DNA from: Octopus vulgaris
Lineage: Eukaryota
Length of the DNA: 64,000 nucleotides
Assembly (NCBI GenBank): GCA_951406725.2
Contig: OX597821.1
Location: forward strand, 82,088,001 to 82,152,000
Direction of reading: 5' to 3'
Numbering within the stretch: position 1 is the stretch's first letter; every line of letters begins with the position of its first letter. The position numbers and the translations under genes were made by a program. Below the pieces are notes generated by a model. It made no database searches. It had not been told where the DNA came from and saw only the letters and a program-made list of their open reading frames with translations. Positions 53,433-64,000 of the stretch are shown in pieces.

Positions 53433-54979
53433 ATAAATATATATATATATATTATAATGGGGGAGGCTGGTTTATGGGGTTACCCTGGGTTTCTTGTCCA
53501 TAAGGAGTTTGGCCTTACGACGTATCATCAAACCACAAAACCTACTGGCCTAAGACCTCTATGAAATATGGAGAGGGAAATGCCTCGTAAACAATGGGTG
53601 ATTATCTCCCTTTGCCATTGGCTATCAAGTTCCGGCCATGTCATCATCTTGCAGCTTCCAAAAACCATGAAGGTAAACAATTGTCTCCCTTTGGCTTTGG
53701 CTATCAAATTTCAGTTGTGCCTTCATACTGCAGATTGCCCATCAGATGAGTTATACCACAAAAGATACCAGCCTGGTGCTTATCTCTGTTGTAAGTATAT
53801 GTGCAGGTGTATGCTTGTTCAGACATATACATACATGTCTTTCCTTGGGCCCTCAAATCCGCACAGAGTTATAAGGGCACTGTTATCAGAGGAAGAGGAG
53901 GGGGGAGGTAATACCAGTATTGAATTTTTATTCATTGATGTCTTGAGAGTGAGAGGCAAAGACGACCTTTCTGCTGAATTTGTACTTAAAACACAAAAAA
54001 AGCCAGAAGAGCATTTTAGCTAATGAGTCTGCCAATCCATTGCCTTATACATACACACATACACGAATGTGTGTGTGTGTATGCAAGTACATATATATGG
54101 TAAATGGTCATTAAAGAAAATTTACCTCCTGTTGTTTCATAGTTCTAGAGGCAACAGCAACAACTACAGCAACATCAAGAACAAAAAGGAATATTGAATA
54201 GACGGATTGATTTTGTTCAATTTTTGCTGATTTTTTTTTTTAGTTCTTTAATTGTTTCTTTTGTGGTTGCCTGTTCTTTGCTTTGTTTTGTTATTTTTTT
54301 GTTTGTTTGAAAGCTTGAATGTAAAATAAATGATGTTTTCATGTATAAACTTCACTATTTATTTGACTTATAAATGTCAAAGACTTCATTTTCTATGATG
54401 CCATTTGATGTTACTCATTAACCGAGAAAAAAGAAGAAAGAGAAAGTGAAGGGGGGGGGGGAAGAGTATAGGAGAAGGATGAGACGGGTGCCAGAGATGG
54501 AAGAATGACGGGGAAGTATGGATGGTATTCAGTTCAGAGCAGTTTGGAAACTTTCAAACTTGTTCAGTTCCATGTTAAGGACAACGGAGGGTTTCGTTAA
54601 GGGATTTCGCTGCTATGTTGCTAGCAGGAAATGCAACATAGGTTCTTCAGCTCAATGATGGAGCATCTGCAGGGTTACTCAACTTGCTGGAGATAGGAGC
54701 CAAACTTGTGTCAGATCATAAGAAGGATGGACTGGATAATGTAGCCCTAGATGGAATGGTCATGGGCGAAATGTATTTTAGTGATAACTTTTCTTGATCA
54801 GGACTAACATGGACATGGAGAGGAGGAGGAATAAACAACGGCAACAGAAACAACAACAACAACAACAACAGGAGTAGCAGCAATATCTAATAACAATTGA
54901 AAAGGAGCAGAAATTGTCACATTTTAACCCAGTTGTGTATCTCTATTGTGTGTCCTCTACTAGAATCTCTAGGATTTAT

Positions 54980-55138
54980 GAGGGGGTGCTCAAAAGTTCC
55001 TGGCTTTAAGGGTATCATGAAAAGCCTCATTCAAGGCCCAACCTTCTGAGACAGGGATATGTTGAATACGATCATAATTAACTGATCCTCCTGTATATGT
55101 TTTTACCCAAAGCCAGGCACTTTTCAGCACTCCCTCAT
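54980..55138 (-). mobile_element. Tc1/mariner-type MITE, internally deleted
   Basis: TIRs gagggggtgctcaaaagttcctggcttt / aaagccaggcacttttcagcactccctc. Confidence 0.8.
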
Positions 55139-57220
55139 ACAGAAATAGACTAGACAATGAGCAATATGCCCAGATTGTCACATTGTGCTCTTTTATGGTC
55201 CCTCATTCCATGTCAGACAATACAATAGAATTCTCAGCTCATAGAAAAAATGGTATAATTTAAACAAGAGAAACTTGGGGCACACTCAGATGTAAGAGAA
55301 GCTTGGGACACACTCAGATGTCCATCAAACAACCTGCAATACCATAGGACTGTTCAGTCTGAGCTGATGTGGTGCTAACAAAATGTTAACACAGCAGATC
55401 CCAGATTGCTTTTTTTTTAACCTGTAGAATTAGTTATCATGATTAATGATTTCATTAGGAAATTAAGTGTTTATAAATAACAGGAATGCTAACAAGGTTT
55501 TTCATTTTGTTTTGTTTTTAAATAGAAAATGGAGGTGAGATTTAAGATTTTGATCATCTATATTGTTATATGTTCTTTAGATTTATGAGATTAAAGTCTG
55601 ATATAAAGTTTGATATGACATTGAAGGTTGATATAAGGGGTGTGAGGATATATTATAATTATTATTATTATTTTTTAATAAATTATTAAGTTTTTAAATT
55701 TTGTTGAGGGTTAGTAGAATGGGGTTCAGTGTATGAGTGTGCTGTAATTCTATTAAAAGTAACGGTAATAAAGTTAAATTTTTTTATCTATATGATATAT
55801 TTAGCATATGTCATATAGAAAAACCTGTAGCTGCAGTGGTCATCAGGGAAAAGATCCTTTTACAGACATATTGTGTTTAAAAAGTCAGTATTCTTCAGAA
55901 CTAGACAATCCAAAATTGCCCTGGAAGCATCTGTGAGAGTGACAGATACACATTTTGCTATTTTTGTGACTTGTCAGTGCCATGCACTCACATCCCTTCT
56001 GATAAAAATTGTCTCACCCAGCCTGATGTATAAAGATACTAAATAAACAATTCATTAGTTTTGCAAAGAAACTGTTAGGCTGAATAAAATTCAAATTATG
56101 CAATAAAATCAGCTTTAGATTAAAATCTTTAACTGTTTGACTTACTTAACAATATTTTTCTTGTATTAATTTTTTTGTTTAATAATAATTATTTTTTGTT
56201 TAATAATAATAATACTATTTTCATTTTTTTTTTTTTGGTGGAGAATTGATTGATATTTTATTTGTCTTTGAAATATCTTAATTCCTACTTTGTTATCAAT
56301 TTTAAGTTGGGGTCTATCAGGTTATCAACCTGACTGATCACAGGCTCGTGTATAATATAATATTATATATTGTACTAACTCTGTTGTTCCTGGGTTTATC
56401 TGTGTTAATGAGAAAAACAAGGATGTTGACACACAGAACTGTTTTTGTTTGCAAAGTGGCTTGGAGTGCCATACTTGTCTTTGGAATTTGTCGTAGGTTG
56501 ATGCAACAAAGGATCTGAATTTTGTCAGCACATCCAGTCTTAACTAACAAGAATCAGTAAAGTGGTAGCCACCCTAGAACACTCAGATAAAATCAATGAA
56601 ATTAAATCGTCAACACCCTACAGTTTTAAAATGGTCTGCTGTTTAATCAGGTTTAGTATAAACAGCAACAATGATACTAATGCTAATACCATCAGTCAAA
56701 ACAATATCAACAAGTTGCTGTGTGGTAAGTAGCTTGCTTACGAACCACATGTTTCCGGGTTCAGTCCCACTGCATGGCACCTTGGACAAGTGTCTTCTAC
56801 TATAGCCTTGGGCTAACCAAAGCCTTGTGAGTGGATTTGTTAGATGGAAACTGAAAGAAGCCCGTCGTATAGTTGTAAATATATATATATGTATGTGTGT
56901 GTGTGTGTGTATATGTTTGTGTGTCTGTGTTTGTCCCCCCAACATTGCTTGACAACCGATGCTGGTGTGTTTACGTCCCTGTAACTTAGTGGTTCGGCAA
57001 AAGGGGCCGACAGAATAAGTACTTGGCTTACAAAGAATAAGTCCTGGGGTTGATTTGCTTGACTAAAGGCGGTGCTCCAGTATGGCCACAGTCAAATGAC
57101 TGAAACATGTAAAAGAGTAAAAGAGTAATATAGCTACAATAACAAAGGAGATTCTCTGCATGGTTATATGACCAGCTAGAAATAGCACTTGAATATCTTT
57201 TAAATCATAACTTGATGTCT

Positions 57221-57449
57221 TTAACCCTTTAGTGTTCAGATTACTTTGTCAAATGTGATGTTTGTTTATTTATATTGTTTTGAATTAATCCTGCATTATC
57301 TTGTAGTTTAGAGATTGCAGTGATGTGATTTTTTTAGTTTTAGAATGACATGGTAGGGCTGAGGTGAGAGGCGAGCTCTGGTCAGTTTCAATATAAAACA
57401 GGTTAAATATTTTGGCCGGATATGGCCGGTTTGAACGCTAAAGGGTTAA
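57221..57449 (+). mobile_element. Complete piggyBac-like MITE
   Basis: TTAA-CCCTTTAG ... CTAAAGGG-TTAA termini; 229 bp including both TTAA. Confidence 0.85.
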
Positions 57450-58874
57450 ACCTTCTTTTATCTTTTACTTGTTTCAGTTATTGGACAGCAGCCATGCTGA
57501 GGCACTGCCTCAAAAGGCTCAATTGTATGAATTAATCCCAGTAATTAATTTTTAAAATTCTGGTACTTATTTTATCAGATGCTTTTGCTGAATTGCAAAG
57601 TTGTGAGTTTGTAAACAAACCAACGTCAATTGTTAAATGATGAGGCCAAACGCAAACATACACATATATACATAAATGATGGGTTTCACACAGTTTCTGT
57701 CTGCCATATTCACTCACAAGTCATTGGCTGACCTGAGGCTATAATAGAGTTGCAAAGGGAGCTGCTTAACTACACAGCCATGCCTGCATCTAACAGAGAA
57801 CAATGTATTGAATGCTATTATCAGAAATAAAGAATATACTTCAAAAGAAGGGATAATCATGGCTGGAATGCCTGCCTGATCAGGACTGACTTGGGGCTAA
57901 CAGTAACCAGAAAAACAGAAACTACTTCAAGAGCAACAACAGCAATGTCAAAAACATGAACAATTTTATGCAGTAATAAAGGCTAAAAATCTTTCTCCAT
58001 GCATTGAAGGATCTCTTAAATTCCTGTCCAGTTCTTTATCAAGTTCCATCAAAGAAGTTTATAGTGACATTTTCCTGAATTTAGACTATCATTAAAACTT
58101 GAGATATCATTTGAAAGTCTCTAAGATGACAATTTCACCTAACTTTCAATGACATTATGTGACATATTGGTTCTTCCTCTGGAATATTACATGTAGAATT
58201 CAATGATCCCCTGGTCATTTATGGAAGAAATGTTACTGATTGGCAATATGAATTTTTAAAAAATGATAGTAATAAAAAAAATATATATACACATATTTCT
58301 GAAAGTGAACTGAAATATTTTTGACAAATTCTGAGAATGAAAAATATGAAAAGAAAAAGAAAAAAGCAATGGAAAAACAAAAAGGGAAAAAATGGAATAA
58401 AGGAAGAAAAAGGAAGCATTAATAGATCATATAAGAGGAAAAAATGAAGGAAAAATGTTTTTAAAAAAAATCCCATAAAAACATGATATGGCTCTTAGAT
58501 ATTGATGATTACATAATTTTGTAATGGAATGACTGTTATGGGAATGAGAAGAGTTAAGTGTCTTCAACCAAGACAGAAGAACTGAAACATTAGATTTCCA
58601 ATATTGATTTCTAAATATGGTACCAAGGCCACAAAAATTGAAAGGAAGTGATGCCAGTTGATAGGGTAATCCTTACTAAATTACTGGTATTTATTTTAGT
58701 GCAGTCAGAGGAAATGATATGTAAAGTTGATCCTGGTGAGATTTGAACTCAAGAAGCATAAAAAAGTATCACAAACTCTTTAGTCTGGTACTTAACCATC
58801 TCTGCTATGTGACCTTCCCTCAGACATTCAAACTTCAAGTATCAAAGGGTTTAGTACTCCACATAGCAAAGGGA

Positions 58875-59830
58875 TCATCATCATCATCATCATAATCCTT
58901 TAATGTCTGCTTTCCATGCTAGCATGGGTTGGACAATTTGACTGAGGACTGGTAAACCAGATGGCTGCACCAGGCTCCAATCTTGATCTGGCAGAGTTTC
59001 TACAGCTGGATGCCCTTCCTAGTGCCAACCACTCTGAGAGTGTAGTGGGTTCTTTTACGTGCCAGTCAGGCGGTACTGGCAATGGCCATGATCAAATGGT
59101 ATTTTTTACATGCCATCTGCACAGGAGCCAGTCCAGCGGCACTGGCGACAACCTCACTCGAATGTTTTTTTCCCATGCCACAGGCACAAGTGCGAGTAAG
59201 GTGACGCTGGTAACAATCACAGTCGAATGGTGCTTTTTACGTGCCACTGGCATGGAAGCCAGTTAACCACACTGGCAACGATTATGCTTGGATGGTGCTC
59301 TTAGCGCTCCACTAGCACGGATGGCAGTCATCGAATTTGATTTCGATTTCAATATCACTTGCCTCAACAGGTCTTTGCAAACAGAGTTTAGTGTCCAATG
59401 AAGGAAAGGTACGCATAAGTGGGTTGGTTACACCCTTGGCATAGGCCAAAAGGTTATGGTCTTATTTGGCTTGCCGGGTCCTCTCAAGCACAGCATATTT
59501 CCAAAGGTCTCAGTCATTAGTCATTGCCTTGGTGAAGCCTAATGTTCAAAGGTTGTGCTTCACCACTTCATCCCAGGTCTTCCTGGGTCTACCTCTTCCA
59601 CAGGTTCCCTTAACCACTAGGATGTTGCACTTTTTTACACAGTTATCCACATCCATTCTTGCTACATGACCATACCAGCGCAGTCGTCTCTCTTGCACAC
59701 CACATCTGATGCTTCTTAGGTTCAACTTTTCTCTCAAGGTACTTACACTCTGTCAAGTATGTACATGGACATTACACATCCATCAGATCATACTGGCTTC
59801 ATTCCTTGCGAGCTTACGCATGTCCTCAGC
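58875..59830 (-). mobile_element. 5'-truncated RTE-clade LINE (ORF C-terminus, 3'UTR, (GAT)n tail)
   Basis: ORF 59546-59737 encodes REKLNLRSIRCGVQERRLRWYGHVARM...GRGRPRKTW, a characteristic RTE C-terminus. Confidence 0.9.
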
Positions 59831-60957
59831 AAATCAAAATTTTTCTCTATTCATGAGTACTGTCCAATCAAATTATAGTATAAATATTAACATTATCCAC
59901 CTCAAAATGTACCTTTTCCTGATTAAGTAGGTCTATGATCAAAAGTATTCCAGCTGTGACCATCCCACTTTTTTCACACAGTATATCCAAAGCCATATTG
60001 TCTGGTATATCCACTTTTGCCAACAATCTGACGGAAACTTGGTTGCTATTTTCCACAAGTTGAACAAGTGCTTAGAGACGCTCACTGGCTCACAAAAGAA
60101 ATGACATAAGATGTCCCAATATGGGGACTGACACTTGGCGGGGTCAAACAAAAACCTCTTCAGATTCAGATTATTCTTACTACCAAAGATAAGTGCTCTC
60201 TCCTATCTGTGTTCTCTGGCCTATAGGCATATACTGAGAATAATGAATTCATGCAAACCATTCTCCCATCAAACTTTCTAAAAATTGGTTAGAGAGCAGC
60301 ACAGCCCCACTTCAACTCCAGCTTTCTTTATCAAGTGAAATGTGAAGTTGAAGAAAGCTTGATTGAAGAGGAAAGTATGTTACCTTGTCCTTTCAAGTTT
60401 GTCACCATTACAACCTTCTTCTTGGTGGCTGGCTGCCAAAGAGATGGGAACTACATGCCTTTTCCAATGAAAGTAAAGCATAACACAGCTAGGCAGTCCT
60501 TAATCTTTACAATGGACTCGGTTGATAGCTAGAACCATCCCAAACATAACAACAGCTGTCTGACTTAGTGCAAGATTCAAATATTTTAGTCCAGACCATT
60601 TGTAGCTCTCTCTCTATATATATTTGTCACTCAGGCATCTATATTTATGGACATAGAGAGAGGAGAAAGTGAAAATAGATGTTGCATCTATCACATTTTG
60701 TCATGGCTAACATATGAGGTGAGGGCAAACCACACAAGGAAAATGTTGGAATTTGATAAATATTTCAGTCAAAAGCCAAACATTACAGTAAAAATAACTC
60801 ATCTTCCATTTATCAAAAATTGACATTTAACACGTGTTATACACTTGAGTAAATATATCAGTATATAAACATATATGAGTGTGTGTGTGTGTGTGTGATT
60901 TATATATATATATTTATATATATATATGCATGTATGTGTGAGTGTAAATGTGTGTGC

Positions 60958-61004
<47 letters not shown>

Positions 61005-61005
<1 letters not shown>

Positions 61006-61152
61006 GACTCAGCTGGTACATTTTTATCAACCCTGAAAGGATGAAAAGTCAAAGTCGACCATGGTGGACTTGGAACTCAGAATACAAGCAGCTGGAAGAA
61101 ATACTGTTAAGCATTCTGTCCAGCACAGTTACAACTCCGTCGTTCCACTGCC

Positions 61153-61223
<71 letters not shown>

Positions 61224-62085
61224 CCTTTCTAGTAAAGGCACAAGGCCTGAAATTTTGGGGAAGGGGACTAGTTGATCACATCAAACCTAGTGTTTCACTG
61301 GTACTTAATTTATTGACCCTTAAAGGATGAAAGGCAAATTCAACCCCAGCAGAATTTGAACTCAGAATGTAAAGATGGATGAAATGCTGCTAAGCATTTT
61401 GCCCAGCATGCGAATGATTCTGCCAGCTCACTGCCTTAATAATAATGATAATAATAATAATAATAATAATGACCAGTAAACAAGCGTCACATTAGTCTGC
61501 TGGCTGTGGACAGCTGATACTTTCCATCATACCCAGCAATATAAGCTGTGAGTTTTCATTTAATAATAATCCTTTCTACTAAAGGAACAAGACCTGAAAT
61601 TTTGGGTGTGTGGGTGTGTTGATTACATTGACCCCCCCCCCCCCCCCCAGTGTCTCAATGGTATTCAATTTATTGACCCTGAAAAGATGAAAGGCAAAGT
61701 TGACTCCGGCAGAGTTTGAACTCAGGACACAAGGACAGACGAAAAGCTGCCAAGCATTTTAACTGGTGTGCTAACGTTTCTGCCAGCTCGCCACCTTAAT
61801 AACAACAACAACGATGATGATGATGATGATGATGATGGTGATGGTGATGATGATGATGATGATGATGATGGTTTCAAAGTTCGGCACAAGGCCAGCAATT
61901 TGGGGGAGAGGATAAGTTGATGTCATCAACCCCAGCACTCAACTGGTGCTTATTTTATTGATCCTGAAAAGATGAAAGGCAAAGTCGACCTCGGTGGAAT
62001 TTGGACTCAGAATGTAAAGATGAATGAAATGCCACTAAATATTTTTCCCGGGGCAGAAACAATTCTGCCAGTTCACCTCCTTGCA
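61005..62085 (-). mobile_element. Four head-to-tail family B SINE copies separated by (AAT)n/(GAT)n
   Basis: gatgaaaggcaaagtcgacc...atttgaactcagaa recurs in units at about 61005-61153, 61222-61437, 61568-61797 and 61870-62082. Confidence 0.85.
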
Positions 62086-63811
62086 AATATTAATTATTAT
62101 TATGAAAACTCATTGGAGATATTTAGACTTTTAAAGAAAATTACTCTCAATAAATTGTATGAAGAATGGTTGAGATTATATTCTTTTGCATCTCTCCAAC
62201 ACAAATCTTGTGCCTCATCAAATATTCCTGACACTTCAGAAAGAACTTAGTTCCGGAATGATAAATTATTTCATCCGGTCTCACTATTTGCTCACTGACC
62301 TCAGCTATATTATATATAATTTCCATATAGAACTACTTAACATTTCTTTATCTGACAAAAAGCATTTCCCAGTGTCTTTTGTATCGTGTTAAAATGGGGG
62401 TCATTTTAGGTGTAGTTCACTGTTGTTCTTACATGCACACCTCATTCATTCCTTCTCTCTCTCTCTCTTTCTTTTAATCTTTTATATCAATATTTATATC
62501 CATCTCTATTTCTTGTGAACTTTTCACCTTCTTCACAGTCTTTATCAGATTCACTTCTCATTGCATCTTTCCATATTTCTGGTCACTTGACTATTTCAGA
62601 ATTCTCTCTGTTACATATAATGGTGGGTTGATCACACTCCTCCACAAAGCTTGAACTGCTCAATTTAATATATACAAACATAAGCTACAATACATGACTC
62701 ATAATGAAGCAACATCTACAGAGTTACTGACCCTGACAGAAATGTCAGGCAAATCTGAAAATCATACCTTACTATCTTAAAAAAAAGAAGGAACCTTTAG
62801 ATAATGGTTTCTTTTTTGATACCTTTTTTAAAGAGATGTTCTTGTTAAAAAACTTTTGTTTGTAGGGTTTTTTCATTCAAGGTTGACATGTGGCTATGTA
62901 GAAAGCACCCTTGGAGTGGTTGACTTTAGGAAGGGCATCCAGTTGTAGAAATCATGCCAAATCAGACTGGAACCTGGTGCAGCTCTCTGGCTTACCAGTT
63001 TTCAGTCAAACCATCCAACCCATGCCAGCATGGAAAGTAGACACTAAATGATGATGATGACGACGACAACGATGATGATAATGATGACGATGACGTGTAT
63101 AAGCTGGTGTGAGCACTGACCAGCTAAATCAACCTGCTGTATCAAGTAGAGAAGGCACTTTGATAAATCCTACAATTTCTAATGGATGTGTGGTAATTAT
63201 TATTGTCTAACTCAGCCCATAATAAGAAAACATGATCAAAAGCATTTCAGCTGTGACCAGCCTAGTTTTTAGGAACTGTGTTATGTGAACCAAATGTGTC
63301 CTTTCTCATTACTAATAGTTAGGGAGTAGTTTGATTTTGGGGTACCAGAAACTTTGAATGAAAGGTGGCAAGGAATTACCTTGTGGTTACCTTTTGCAAT
63401 AGAACTGAAAGTCAACAAGAGCGAGCAGTGAACTAAAACATTTTTGAAAATCTCAAGAGAAACTGAAATAGTACTTATAGAGGGCAACAATGAAATCAAG
63501 GAGAAAGAATAGAATAAAATCAATGTGAACCTCACTCCTTGTATACACACAATCCAAATAACATTTAAGTATAAACGAAAATGTTAATTCTTTCTAATTC
63601 ACAAGGATCTCAATAGTAGGGGCCAACATGGTTTTCTGAAATTTCAAGTGTGTAAGAGAGAAATTTTCTCCTAGATAAGAATTCAGCTTATTGCAGGTAA
63701 TCTCACCAGAGGGGAAAAAGAGAGTCAATTGTACAAGCTAGCAACATATACTGATTAATTCTACTGTATTTTTGCTACTGTCTTCGCAATTAATTATATC
63801 ACCTGTAAACC

Positions 63812-63990
63812 TCTACATGGTTACTCAACCTGCTAGAAATAACAACCAAATGTCTTTCAAATCAAATTACATTCTATTTTATAAAGGGAAATACAGTACA
63901 CAATGGATAATGGAGTCCTAGATACATTATGACCTAAATTAAGATCATAGATCTGTTCAAATCAATGCTAACCTGGGGATAAACAACACC
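63812..63990 (+). repeat. Unclassified interspersed repeat (family E)
   Basis: ggttactcaacctgctagaaata...ggataatg.agtcctagata...acctgggg.taaacaacac also occurs at about 6780-6950(-), 45170-45310, 54670-54810 and 57150-57910. Confidence 0.7.
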
Positions 63991-64000
63991 ATTTTGAACT

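Noticed and set aside
53568-54023. 151-aa plus-strand ORF
   Set aside because: Runs across repeat-like sequence and a SINE fragment; no recognisable domain or splice context.
56378-56440. Possible miRNA-like hairpin
   Set aside because: Stem is short with several mismatches and a large asymmetric bulge; no known mature miRNA recognised.
63391-63404. 14-nt minus-strand microexon (ttgactttcag|...AAAG|gtaacc)
   Set aside because: Not frame-preserving and has no independent support.

Overview
AT-rich, repeat-saturated eukaryotic DNA that looks intronic or intergenic. The repeat families resemble those I recognise from coleoid cephalopods (Octopus); this is inference, not a database result. Almost every ORF in the supplied track is a translation of (CA)n, (TA)n, (GATA)n, (GAT)n or (AAT)n microsatellites. 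The window contains several tRNA-derived SINE families, often nested or in tandem, RTE-clade and CR1-like LINE remnants, and Tc1/mariner-, hAT- and piggyBac-type MITEs. No complete protein-coding gene can be supported. A few unique islands look like exons; the best are two ATG-initiated, phase-0 minus-strand exons (13854-13741, 11442-11332) that may be alternative first exons. The most interesting signal is a set of fold-back/partial-tandem elements carrying minimal hammerhead-ribozyme motifs, probably Penelope-like pseudo-LTRs. The best copy is 41885-42559 (138-bp palindrome plus an intact CUGAAGA/GAAA/AUA core); degenerate ones lie near 3.6 kb and 20.1-20.8 kb. SINE family labels A-E are my own, and repeat boundaries are approximate.
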